DNA of 63,512 nt, filler included, from Reclinomonas americana ATCC 50394 (taxonomy: Eukaryota), in NCBI GenBank assembly GCA_048213135.1. It is 16 parts of 16 records of this genome, joined end to end, with 100 filler letters (N's around TTAATTAATTAA, not from the genome) between each part and the next. Parts side by side here need not be neighbours in the genome. Positions count along the whole stretch, not along the records: positions 1 to 6,067 come from AFZH01023377.1; positions 6,168 to 10,929 come from AFZH01023380.1; positions 11,030 to 14,677 come from AFZH01023381.1; 13 more parts are not named here. The stretch is one strand, 5' to 3'. Positions within the stretch are counted from its first letter, which is position 1. Every line of letters starts with the position of its first letter. The notes under the pieces are model-generated. The model was not told the DNA's origin, made no database searches, and saw nothing but the letters and a program-made list of their open reading frames with translations. Shown here piece by piece: positions 1 through 12,482 of the stretch. The position numbers were made by a program, and so were the translations under genes.

Positions 1-316
1 GACAATCCAGTCCTCGTTGAGAGAGAATGCAGGGCAGTAGAAAGAGAGTGTCGCTGGACAGCAGCGCGATGCAGTGGAGCGCCACCTCGAGCCACCACCC
101 TGCTTGTCCATTCTGCCGATTTCCCATCGACAAGTCCCATGTCAGTCTTCAAAAGCCCACACGCATCAACAAAGCCACATTGCTCTCAGACTACTGCATA
201 CTGCGTGGGGTACTGGCTGCAGCGTGGCGAGGGATGTAAGACGCCTCAGAGCAAGGCGGGAGAAGAAAGGCGGGAAACGGTGACAATCGCGAGCGAGCAA
301 ATCACACACACGGAGA

Positions 317-1496
317 ATGACAACAAAGGTGTGAATGTGTGCGCACTTTTGCGTGTTTGGTGTCTGTACATGCATTCGCAGCGTGTGCTTGTGCTCGTGC
401 ATGTGCGGTTGTTGTTCTTTGTGTTTGTGCGTGTGCGTCTCACCGCGAATGATCGACACAGATCATTCAGAGTCTCGCTTCCTCAGTGAGGTCCGTCGCC
501 GTCACTCCCGATTGCCAGCACATTGTTAGCGGGAGCTGGGACTGCACAGTGAGAGTGTGGTCTCTGGCGAGTGGCAAGGAGGTGCGACGGCTGGTGGGAC
601 ACACTGGATGGGTGTTCTCTGTCGCCGTCACCCCTGATGGCCAGCACATCGTGAGTGGGGGTGGAGACAACACCCTACGTGTGTGGTTGCTGGAGAGTGG
701 GATGGAGGTGCGACGGTCGGAGGGACACACTGAATGGGTGTATTGTGTCGCCGTCACCCCAGATGGCCTGCATATCGTGAGTGGAAGTGGAGACTGTACC
801 GTACGTGTGTGGTCGACGGCAAGTGGGGAAGAAGTGCGACGGCTGGAGGGGCACGCCAATGCGGCAATGTCTATAGCCGTCTCGCCTGATGGGCAGCACA
901 TTGTCAGCGGCGGCTATGACAGCACAGTGCGAGTGTGGTCTCTGGCGAGTGGAGAGGAGGTGCGACGGTTAGAAGGAGGCACTGGAGGGGTGTATTGTGT
1001 CGCCGTCACCCCCGATGGTAAGCACGTTGTGAGTGGGGGTGGAGACAACACAGTGCGGGTATGGTTGCTGGCGAGCGGCGAAGAAGTGCGGCGGTTGGAG
1101 GGACACGCTCACTGGGTGATGTCAGTCGCTGTTACTCCAGATGGTCAACACGTCGTGAGTGGCAGTAGGGACAACACGGTGAGAGTGTGGTCACTGGCGA
1201 GCGGCGAGGAAGTGCGACGGTTAGAGGGACACACTGGATGGGTGTCGTGTGTGGCCGTCTCTCCTGACGGTGAACGCATTGTGAGTGCGGGTGGGTACGA
1301 CAGGACGGTGCGAGTGTGGTCCACGCCGCGTGGCCTCGCTCGTCTCGAACTCGACGCCGCGCGCGCGGCCATGGGGACTGTGCAGGAGATGCGGGAGGGG
1401 GCCGTCGAGGAAGAACGAGATTCTCGATGCCTTCCCGAGCTGGTTCTGCGCTGCTTCATCGTCGAGGATGCCGAGGTCGTCTCTCTCTGGTGCTGA
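317..1496 (+). CDS. WD40-repeat protein (7 blades) with short C-terminal helical tail, tandem copy 1; exon1 317-328 (MTTK), exon2 462-1496
   Basis: Seven 42-aa GH...VRVW repeats; ATG ACA ACA AAG|gtgtga...acacag|ATC ATT CAG joins in frame with ORF 486-1496; same micro first exon in the other copies. Confidence 0.9.
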
Positions 1497-3707
1497 GAAG
1501 GTGAGTTGGAGGGAGGGAGAGCGGTGTCTGCTGGTGATTGTGAGTCGTTTTTCGTGTCTTGTGCGGGGGTGCGGGTGGTCATGCGGGATGCAGGTGGGGG
1601 AATAGAGGTCGACGACAGAGGAAGGCAATGAGAAAGTTGTTGATGAAGAATTGTTCTCCCGTGTTTGTTGCCCTGTCATGTCATGAGAATGTGAGTGTGC
1701 GGGCGTGAAGCATGTCTCCCTCTGTGTGCGTGTCTCTTTCTCACCTCCATTTTGTGTGCCAGCTCGATGAATCACCTGGGAGGCTGTTGTGTCTTTTTGT
1801 CTCGTTCTGATGTCTGTGTGCGTGCATCTTTCGTCGCCCATGAATGTGCCTCAGGAGAGCAAGTCGCCGTTGTCTATTCCCTCGCATCCTCTTTTGCGCA
1901 CCACTTTGGCATCACTGCTCTGCTTCCCATTGTGCCTGTGCGTGGCGGACATTTTCATCCCTTCTCTGCAGGATGCATGTCATTCCGGTCATCTCTATCG
2001 ATATCTGTCCCTTGTAGAGTCTCTCTCTTTCTCCACCGTCTCCCTCCTTTGTGCGCTCATTTGCCTCCCCAGTCGTCCACCCCTCCTTGCCGCACACGCT
2101 CGAGGCCGAGCATGCTGGTCTGCTCACCGTGTTCCGACTGCCATCCTGCCAGTCCATCACGGTGAGCATGTCGATGCCGAAGTGTGTGAGATGGCCTGAC
2201 TGCATACTGACTCTGCTCCTTCTCTCCCTTGCAGGATGGTTGTGTAGCGTCCCTCGGCTTGCCTCTTGTCCAACCGTGTGTTGGTATCAGGTGCTGATCG
2301 GTGAGTTTGTCAGTGAGACAGAGAAGATATCTCTCTCCTTCCTCCATTCTTTGCTCACAGCACACCGACATGCAGGCACCTTGGGAGCGCGTGCTTGCCG
2401 TCGGCTGTGACGATTGCAGACGTGCTGTGCATCGCCCGCTACCGACTGTCACCTCACTCAGTTGACTCGACACCCGTTCACGAAGCAGGTGTGTGGACTT
2501 GTTCATCGTGATCTCTCGTTCCGCTTTCCCTCCACTCACATCATTCATGCAGGTCATGCAGCCATGGAGGGCGTGGCGTGATGGCTGTACACCTGCGTGC
2601 CGTGATGTGCGATGTGTGGCCTGGTCGGTTGATCGTTTTCAATCCTGGGTGGCAAGTCGGAGCGGATCGATGATGTGCGCTTCTTGGTTGCCGCCATCTC
2701 TGCCGAGTGATGATGCTGGTTGCCATGGAAGACTGCAGATACGGGCAAGGCAATCTACTCATGGGTGGACACATGCGTGTCGTGTTTCCCGATGGGTGGC
2801 CTGGTCGGTGGATCGTTCTCGATCCCGGTTGGCAAGTCAGAGCGGATCGATGATGTGCGCTTCTTGGTTGCTGCTGTCGCCGCCAAGTAATGATGGTGAT
2901 GGCCATGGGAGACTGCAGACGCGCACGTGGCCTGGTGAGTACGTGTTCTGCATCTGCGTTGAGGAGTAAGTTGGCGAGACTTGGAGATTGACTAACTCAA
3001 TTCTGTGTGACAGGCGTGCTGGCAAGTGACTGGAATGACGTCGATGGCGCGCGGTTCCATGCCTCACAGTGCATGCATGAGACAATGCACCGACCGACTG
3101 TGAGTGTGATTGGAGGCACGAGGCATTGATTGTGATTCGGGTGAGAGGAGGCGAGTCTCACGACGCGGCTGCCTCTTCCATCGCTGTGCTGCTGTACTGG
3201 TCGCTGCTCTCCTGTCTCTTGTGGCTGTTTTTCTTCGTCGCACCATCGTCGTGCCCTCGTCAGCTTCGCTGTGGGCCGATCCAAGGAGGCTTGAGGTTTT
3301 GAAGACTCGGTGCTCCATGGATTCTCGGGTGTGCCGTGGCATCAGCACAGGGCCACAACTGCATATCCAAGCAGCACGACATGCCAGTCCTTGTTGAGAG
3401 ATAATGCAGGTCAGTCGAAAGAGAGTGTCGCTGGTCAGCAGCGCGATGCAGTGGAGCGCCACCTTGTGTCACCACCACCTTGCATGTCTGGTCTGTCGAT
3501 TTCTCATCGACGAGTCCCATGTCAGTCATCGAAAGCCCGCACGCATCAACGAAGCCACATTGCTCTCACACTACCGTCTGTTGTGTGGGGTGCTGGCTGC
3601 AGCCTGGCGAGGGATGGACGGCGTCTCAGTGCAAGGCGGGAGAAAAAAGGCGGGAAACGGTGACAATCGTGAGCGAGCAAATCACACACATAACACACAC
3701 ACGGAGA

Positions 3708-4871
3708 ATGGCAACAAAGGTGTGAATGTATGCGCACTTTTGCGTGGTTGGTGTCTGTGTGTTCATTGGTGTGCTTGTGCATGTGTGTGGTTGTCGTTCT
3801 TTGTGCTTCGAATGTTTCTGCTCGTGAGCCTCATCGCGTTGATCGACACAGATCATTCAGAGTCTCGCAGTGGTGTGGTCCGTCGTCGTCACTCCCGATA
3901 ACAAGCACATTGTCGGTGGGTGCTTGGACAGCTCCGTTCGAGCGTGGTCTTTGGCGAGTGGAGAAGAAGTGCGACGGCTGGGGGGACACGCTGGCGGGGT
4001 GTACACTGTCGCCGTCACTCCTGATGGTCAGCTTATTGTCAGTGGGGGTCGAGACAACACAGTGCGGGTGTGGTCGCTGGCGAGTGGGGAAGAGGTGCTG
4101 CGGCTGGAGGGCCACACCGACGCGGTGACATCTGTCGCCGTCACCCCCGATGGTCAGCACATCATCACCGGCAGCTACGATAGCACAGTGAGAGTGTGGC
4201 TGTTGGCAAGTGGGGAGGAGGTGCGACGGCTGGAGGGACAGACCGGATGGGTAAAGTCTGTCACCGTCACTCCCGACGGTCAGCATGTAGTGAGTGGTAG
4301 CCACGATAACACAGTGCGAGTGTGGTTGATGGCGAGTGGGGAGGAGGTGCGACGGTTGGCGGGACACACTAGATGGGTGCAATCTGTCGCTGTCACCCCT
4401 GATAATCAGCACATTGTGAGTGGCAGTAGGGACAACACGGTGAGGGTGTGGTCACTGGCGAGCGGGGAGGAAGTGCGACGGTTGGAGGGACACACTGCAT
4501 TCGTACAATCGACCGCCGTCTCTCCCGACGGTCAGCATGTCGTGAGTGCGGGTGGGGACAGCACCATTCGGGTGTGGTCTCTGGCGAGTGGCGAGGAAGT
4601 ACGACGGTTGGAGGGACATGAGGGATGGGTGTCGTCTGTGGCCGTCTCTCCCGATGGTCAGCACATTGTGAGCGCCGGTGGCAAGGACAAGACCGTAAGA
4701 GTGTGGTCGTCTCTGCGTGGCCTTGCTCGCCTTGAACTCGACGCTGCGCGCTTGGCCATGCACGCCGTACAGGAGATGCAGGAGGAAGAAGTAGATTCAC
4801 GATGCCTTCCCGAGCTGGTTCTGCGCTGTTTCATCGTCGAGGATGCCGAGGTCGTCCTTTTCTGGTGCTGA
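3708..4871 (+). CDS. WD40-repeat protein, tandem copy 2; exon1 3708-3719 (MATK), exon2 3852-4871
   Basis: Paralog of copy 1 with the same intron position and the same tail (RGLARLELDAAR...CLPELVLRCFIVEDAEV). Confidence 0.9.
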
Positions 4872-6167
4872 GTTGGTGAGTCCGAGGTGGGGACAGATGG
4901 TTGCTAGTGATTGTGAGTTTGTTTCCGTGTCTTGCGAGGGAGAGTGGGTGGTCTTGCGGGATGCAGGTGGGGAAAGAGAGGATGACAGAGGAGGAGAGAG
5001 AGGTCTTTGTTGATCATGAAGAATTGTTCTCCCGTGCTTGCTGCCCTTTCATGTGAATGATAGTCTGCGGTCGTGAAGCATGTCTCCCTCTGTTTACGTG
5101 TCTCTTTCTCACCTCCATTTTGTGTGCAAGCTCGATGAATCACTTGGGAGTCTCTTGCGCTTTTTGTCTTGTTATGAAGTCTGTTGTGCGTGCATCTTAT
5201 TCGTGCATGTGTGTGCCTCAGGAGAGCGAGTCGCCGTTGTCTGTTTCCTCGCGTCTTCTTTGCGCACTTCCTTGGCATCACTGCTCTGCTTCCCATTGGC
5301 GCGTGCGCCGTGGACATTCTCCTTTCGTTCTGAAGAATGCCTGTCTTTCAGCTCTCTTTTTCTTGCCTCCTGCAGAGTCTATCTCTTTCTCCGCCATCTC
5401 CCTGCAATTGTACACTCATCTGATTCCCCAGTAATCCGCCCCTTCTTGCCGCACACGCTCAAGGCCGAACATGCTTCTCTACTCATGTTGCACCGACTGC
5501 CATCCTGCCAGTCCATCATAGTGAGCTTCCCGATGCCGAAGTGTGTGAGGTGGCGTACCTGCATACTGACTCTACTCCTTCTCTCCTTTGCAGGATGGAT
5601 GTGTGAGCGTCCCTTGGCTTGCTTCTTGACAAACGCGTGTTGGTATCAGGTGCTGATCGGTGTGCTTGTCAGCGAGACAGAGCAGATTTCTCTCTCCTTC
5701 CTCTATTCTTTTGCTCACAGCACACCGGCATGCAGAGACCATGGAAAGCATGTCGTGGCGATGACAGGCGTGCTGTGCATTGCCCGTTGTCGACCGTCAC
5801 CTCACTCACTCGGCTCCCCACTCGCATCCCACCAATGCACTCAGCAGTTGTGTGGCCCTGTTCTTCGTGATCTCTCTCTCCTCTTTCCCTCCCACTCACC
5901 CCATTCCTGCAGGCCGTGCATACCATGGAGAGCGTGGTTGGGTGGATGTACACATGTGTGCCGTGATGTGCGATAGTGGCCTGATCGGTGGATCGTTTTC
6001 AATCCCGGCTGGCAAGTCGGAGCGGATCGATGATGTGCGCACCTTGGCTGCCGCCGTCTCTGTCGAGNNNNNNNNNNNNNNNNNNNNNNNNNNNNNNNNN
6101 NNNNNNNNNNNTTAATTAATTAANNNNNNNNNNNNNNNNNNNNNNNNNNNNNNNNNNNNNNNNNNNN

Positions 6168-6728
6168 AGAAGAAGTGTGGCGACTGAAAGGACACACTGA
6201 AAAGTGTGGTCTCTCGCCGTCACTCCCGACGGTCAGCACGTTGTGAGCGGGGGCGATGACCATACAGTACGAATGTGGTCGCTGGCGAGTGGCAAAGAAT
6301 TGCGGCAGTTGCAGGGGCACACTGACACGGTGTGGTCTCTCGCCGTCACTCCCGATGGTCAACACGTTGTGAGCGGGAGTGACGACAGGACGATCTGTGT
6401 CTGGTCGCTGGCAAGTGGGCAAGAAGTCAGACGCTTCGAGGGACACACTGGGTTTGTGTCGTCTGTGGCTGTGTCTCCCGATGGCCAGCACATTGTAAGC
6501 GGGTGCGGAGACGAGACGATCCGAGTGTGGTCCACGCTGCGCGGGCTGGCGCGGCACGAGGTTGCGGCCGCCCGACTGGCCGTGCTGGCTGTCAACGAGC
6601 TGCTTGCCGAAGGAGATGATTGCGGTGGCTGTGACTGGATTCTCGTCGATGTTGTGCTGCGATGCTTTGTGCTGGAGGATGCAGAGGTGATTGAGCATCG
6701 TGCGCCTGGATGGTGCTGGACGGAGTGA
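6168..6728 (+). CDS. WD40-repeat protein, copy 3 (5' end in gap, divergent tail, apparent 1-nt frameshift near 6200)
   Basis: WD repeats plus tail RGLARHEVAAARLA...DVVLRCFVLEDAEV; CAC ACT GAA AA GTG TGG is one base short of the repeat consensus (error near gap, or pseudogene). Confidence 0.75.
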
Positions 6729-7602
6729 GCTCAATGAATGTACGAAGACCGATTGCTGTCACTGCGCAACTCTGTCTTGTTGACTGCCGCACTTCGTCAT
6801 ACGGGCCAAGGTGCTTCCCGTTGCCCTGCCAAGTGGAGGCAGCCGGAAAGCAGGTGCAGCTCTGTGCCGTGGGATTGCAACAAGAGTATTCCGAGTGCGA
6901 GGTGTGCGTGTGGGTGGTTGAGGTGAGACCAAGGAATGAACAGACACGCGCTGCTCGGCATTGAGCGAGTCCTCGCTCACTGACCCACCCGCACGCCTCG
7001 TGCTTGCCCCCATGTCGCCTTGTCATTCGCCTATCGAAGCAGCGGCCAGTGGCATCATTGACGCGTCTCCCCATCGCACACTGGCGCTTGAACATGGAGA
7101 GCTCACCAAGCATCGCTTCAGATGGCCACCATTCCCTCCGCGCACGCCACGAGGAGGGAGTGCACTTGCCCTGCACACTCGTTTCCTGCACGCATGTGTA
7201 TCCGGTGTGATGCACCCCACTCGCGAGTTGCATTGCCTTGTGGCTCTCTTTCAGAATCGTGTGTTGTTGCTCTCTACCCCACTCACGCGCGTGGATCGGA
7301 GGGAGTTGATGCTCATGTCGCGTCGTGTTGAACAGGCTCGGCATGCATGAACATTCAATCTCACTCACATCGCTGAATGGAGCACCACGCCGAGGACGCG
7401 GAGAGACAGGGGGCACTGAGACACAGACAGCACCGCGAGGTGCACGCACGCGCGCGAGAGAGAAAGAGGATGTTGATGTTCCGTCGGATGAATCAGAGTG
7501 CTTCACACACTACACACACACACACACACACGCACGCACGCACGCACACACACACACGCACACACCCTCTTTCTCTCTCACACACACACATACACACGGG
7601 GA

Positions 7603-8765
7603 ATGACAACAAAGGTGTGGATGTGTGCGCACTTTGCGTGGTTGGTGTCTGTGCATGCATTCGCAGCGTGTGCTTGTGCTCGTGCATGTGCGGTTGTTGT
7701 TTGTGTGCTTGTGCGCCTCACTGCGAGTGCTTGATACAGATCATTCAGACTCTGACTTCTGTGGCGCGGTCCGTCACCTGTACTCCCGATGGCAAGCACA
7801 TTGTCGGTGGGTGTACGGACAAGACCATTCGAGTGTGGTCTCTGGCGAGTGGCAAGGAGGTTCGACAACTGGAGGCATACACTTACATACCAATGGTGTT
7901 CTGTGTCGCCGTCACTCCCGATGGTCAGCACGTTGTGAGTGGGGATGGAGAGAACACCGTGCGTGTGTGGTCTCTGACAAGTGGTGACGAAGAGCGACCG
8001 CTGGAGGGCCACACCAATGCGGTGCTTTCTATCGCATTCACTCCCGATGGACAGCACGTCGTCAGCGGCGGTTTCGACAAGACAGTGCGAGTGTGGTTGC
8101 TGGCGAGTGGAGAGGAAGTGCGACGGCTGGAGGGACACACCGACATGGTGTGGTCAGTCGCCGTCACTCCTGAAGGTCAGCACATTGTCAGTGGCGGTGG
8201 AGACAACACAGTGCGGTTGTGGTCACTGGCGAGCGGGGAGGAGGTGCGACAGTTGGCGGGACACGCTGGATGGGTATACGCTGTCGCCGTCACCCCTGAT
8301 GGACAGCGCATCGTGAGTGGGAGCGGGGACTGCACCGTGCGAGTGTGGTCAGCTACGAGCGGGGAGGAGGTGAGACGGTTGGAGGGACACACTGCATTTG
8401 TACAATCGATCGCCGTCTCTGCCGACGGTCAGCATATTGTGAGTGGGAGTGGAGACAGCACCGTGCGGGTATGGTCTCTGGAGGGTGGAGAGGAAGTGCG
8501 GCGGTTGGAGGGTCATGACGGATGGGTGTCGTCCGTGGCCGTCTCTCCCGATGGTCAGCACATTGTGAGTGCGGGTGGCAAGGACAAGACCGTGCGAATG
8601 TGGTCCACTCCGCGTGGCCTTGCTCGCCTCGAACTCGACGCCGCGCGGTCGGCCATGCAGGCCGTGCAAGAGATGCAGGATGAAGTAGATTCGCGGTGTC
8701 TTCCAGAGCTGGTTCTGCGCTGTTTCATCGTCGAAGATGCCGAGGTCGTCTTTTTTCGGTGCTGA
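7603..8765 (+). CDS. WD40-repeat protein, tandem copy 4; exon1 7603-7614 (MTTK), exon2 7740-8765
   Basis: Same exon structure and seven WD repeats; the N-terminal extension of ORF 7377 is intron/upstream read-through. Confidence 0.9.
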
Positions 8766-9284
8766 GTCGGTGAGTCGAAGGGAAGGAAGGTGGCTGGCTA
8801 TTCATGATTGTGAGTTGTTTTCCGTGTCTTGCGAGGGAGAGTGGGTGAACATGCGGGATGCAGGTGGGGGAAGAGAGATGACAGAGGAAGGCAGAGGTTG
8901 TTTTTGATGATGCAGAATTGTTCTCTGTGCTTGTTGCCCTATCATGTGAATGGGAGTGTGCGGTCGTGAAGCATGTCTCCCTCTGCATGCTTGCCTCTTT
9001 CTCACCTCCATTTGTGTATGCGAGCGAGATGAATCACTTGGCAGTCTGTTGTGTCTTTTTCGTCTCTTTGTGATGTTTGTTGGGCGTGCATCTTTTGTCG
9101 CTGATGAATGTGCCTCAGGAGAGCGAATCACCGATGATTGTTTCTTCGCGTCTTGCTTTGCGCACCTCCTTGGTGCCACTTTTCTTCCTCTCATTGTGCC
9201 TGTGCGCCGCGGACAGTCTCTTTCCGGCTCTGCAGGATGCATGTCATTCCGCTCTCGAGCCCTCCTCCTCTGTCCCTTGTAAAG

Positions 9285-9316
<32 letters not shown>

Positions 9317-12300
9317 CGCCGTCTCCCTCCTTTGTGCGCTCATCTGCTTCTCCAGTCATCCACCTCGTCTTCCCGCACAAGCTCGAGGCCAAGCATGCTG
9401 GTCTGCTCATGATGCACCGATTGCCATTCTGCCAGTTCATTATGGTGAGCATCCCGACACCGAAGTGTGTGAGGTGGCATGACTACATGCTGACTCTGCT
9501 CTCTCTCTCTCTCTCTTTGCTGGACTTCTGGATGCAGAATCGTACCTCGGCTTGCCTCTTGCCCAAATGCGTGTTGGCATCAGGTGCTGATCGGTGTGTT
9601 TGTCAGTGAGACAGAGCGGGTGTCTCTCTCCAACCTCCATTCCTTTGCTCACTGCGCACCGACATGCAGACGCCTTGAAGGCACGTGCTCGTCGTTGTTG
9701 TTCCATGACGATGACAGACGTGCTGTGCATTGCCCGTTGCCTGTTGCCTCACTCACTCGGCTCCCCCACTCGCATTCCTCCGTGAACTCAGCAGGTGTGT
9801 GGACTTGTTCGGCGTGATCTCTCTTTCCTCCTTCCCTCCCACTCACCTCATTCGTGCAGGCCGTGCATACCATGAAGTGCGTGGCGTGGGTGGGTGCACA
9901 CACGCGTGCCGTGATGTGCGACATGGTGGCCTGGTCAGTGGATCGTTTTTCAATCCCGGCTGGCAAGTCGGAGCGGATCGATGATGTGCGCACCTCGGTT
10001 GTTGCTGTCACTGCCAGGTGACGATGGTGGCCATGGGAGACTGCAGACACATGCGAGGCCAGCAACACATGGTCGTGCGTGTTCTGTATCTGCGTTGACG
10101 AGCAAGTTGGCGAGACTTGAAGATTGACTGACTCAGTGATTTGTGTGATCGTAACACAGGCGTGCTGGCAAGTGACTGGCATGCGAAGACACGTGGTTCC
10201 GTGCCTCACAATACGTGCATGAGACGATTCACCGACAGACTGTGAGTGTGATTGAAGGCGCGAGGCATTGACTGTGAGTTGGGTGAGAGGAGACGAGTCT
10301 CACGACGCAGCTGCCTCGTCCATCGCTGATCTGCTGTGCTAGTCGTTCCTCTCCTGTTCCGTGTGGCTCTCTTTCTTCGTCGTACCATCATCAACCTTGC
10401 TGTGGGTCGATCCAAGGAGGTGACTCGGTGCTCATTGGATTCTCTGATGTGCTATGCCTGTGGCATCAACACAACTTGGCCACAGCTGCGTATCCATGCT
10501 GCCCGACATTCCAGTCCTCTTTGGCAAAGAATGCAGGCCAGTCGAAATGAAGTGTCGCTGGGCATGCACGACGCAGTGGAGCGCGACCTTGTGCCACATC
10601 ACCTTGCCGATTTCTCATCGACTAGTCCGGATCCCTTGTCGGTTTTCAAAAGCCCACACGCGCCATCGAAGCCACGTCGCTCACACTGCCGCATGCTATG
10701 TGGGATGCTGGCTACAGCCTGGCGAGGGATGGACGACGTTTCGGAGCAAGGCGGCATGAGGAAGGCGGGAAACGGTGACAATCAGGAGCGAGCAACACAC
10801 AAAGCACACACGGACGCACGAGAACAGGCTCTCCGTGATCGCCACAGGAGAGTACCGACCAGGTGGCTTGCTCTTCGAAGAGAGAAAGTCGAACGCATCA
10901 AGAGAGTTATCCTTCCTGTTTTCCGATGANNNNNNNNNNNNNNNNNNNNNNNNNNNNNNNNNNNNNNNNNNNNTTAATTAATTAANNNNNNNNNNNNNNN
11001 NNNNNNNNNNNNNNNNNNNNNNNNNNNNNAGAGAGAGAGAGAGAGCGTTGATGGAACAGTGGAGTGTGGTGGTGGCAGGGTCGCATCTCTCTGCTCGCAT
11101 CTCAGCTGGAAGTGAGGAAGGGAAGTTGTCGGCATTCACTGCTCCATTGAAGAGGGGTTGATGGAGGTGTGCTGTGTGACATGCACATGCGTACACAACC
11201 TACTCAGTCGCTTGCACCGCGTACGACGCCGAAGGCTGTGTATGTGACACCGAAGAGCTGCATGCACAGCTTTCGACGGTGACTGACGCACTTCCGATTC
11301 ACCCGGCTCGTTTGCATGCAACACGATGAACTGCAGTGCTACAGGTTGCCTTTTGAACTTGAAACCCCAGTAAAAACCTTAGTGGAACCTCCATGATGCC
11401 GATCGGGCATCCTTGGAAACTTGTCACGGGAAAAACGAGAAAAGTCGCTGCGAGGTGCACGTGGCAGCTGCAGGAGAATTCGAAACCAAGGCTCGTGCAC
11501 GTGACATGTACAAGCATGGTAACAAGCAACAGCTGTCTTGATGACCAAGTTCAACCGTATCCAAAACATCAACACAGACGCCAATCTTGAGGCAGCAGCA
11601 GGTTTTCTTGTGTGTGTGTGTTCGAATTCGCTCTCGGAGCTCCGAAAACTGCGATCTTCACCGCAGCGCATAAGCGTGGTTGACCAGTGGATTTGACGCA
11701 CTTGCATAGACGCATAGCGTTTTCTGCGATCGTACACGGCACATAGAATTCGGGGAAAGGCCATAAGCCGGGCAAACAAAGCAAAGCCTGAGCAGGCAAA
11801 GCAAAAACAGTGGTGGCACCCCATTCCAATAATGCGATAAACGCCCATAATTCCCTTGCCGACAATGACCTTGACACACCAACAATGCTAACACATAATT
11901 ACTTATCCAACTGTCATCTTCCCTTTACCTGTTGTTCGATAGACTTGCATTGTGGTTCACGATCAACAGCGACAACTGCACAATTGCAAGTCCACGCAGC
12001 AGTACAGCGCTGCATCTTGAGTGAGCTCCAGAAACTGAGACATCGCACAAACAGCAGCGAGAAAAGATCGAATTCCTCTCCTGTGCACCTCACACGCCTC
12101 CTCCATGCTGTCTCCTCGCTACTTGTTGTGTGCAAAAAAACTGTGTCGCTCCTCCTTCACAACTCATGAGCTGATTTACTTAGAACCCACAGCAGCAGCA
12201 TGCCCACACACACACCACTCTCCAACCAAAAAGAGGGGATACCTCACCAGCTGCTCATCGCTCACAGAGCAGGAAGAGAAAAGAATAAACTCGAGAGGGG

Positions 12301-12482
12301 AGTTGCGTGTCGCCCTGAAGAACGACACTGTACAAAAAAGAAAACAACTCCTCCATCTCAATCACCACCATACACACCGACATTCCCCGAGAGATAAACA
12401 CATTCACAGAAACCAAAGCAGAAAACTCACTGTACGACAAGATTCACAGGAGGGACGACAAAACAACAAATAACCCAAGCGC

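Larger units (their letters stand above)
1..10820 (+). repeat. Tandem segmental duplication: WD40 gene plus ~2.2-kb spacer repeated
   Basis: Spacers 1497-3700, 4872-6067 and 8766-10800 are collinear homologues (e.g. ggcaagtcggagcggatcgatgatgtgcgc, gaagcatgtctccctctg); 1-316 matches 3385-3707. Confidence 0.9.

Noticed and set aside
6068..6167. TTAATTAATTAA palindrome within N runs, repeated 15 times across the window
   Set aside because: Artificial gap spacer with stops in all six frames. HMGCS and DNAAF6 continue across such gaps, so contig order looks real but true gap sizes are unknown.
12248..12250. Isolated gcag|CTG|gtgagg unit on the minus strand downstream of HMGCS
   Set aside because: Single occurrence, compatible with chance or a UTR intron.
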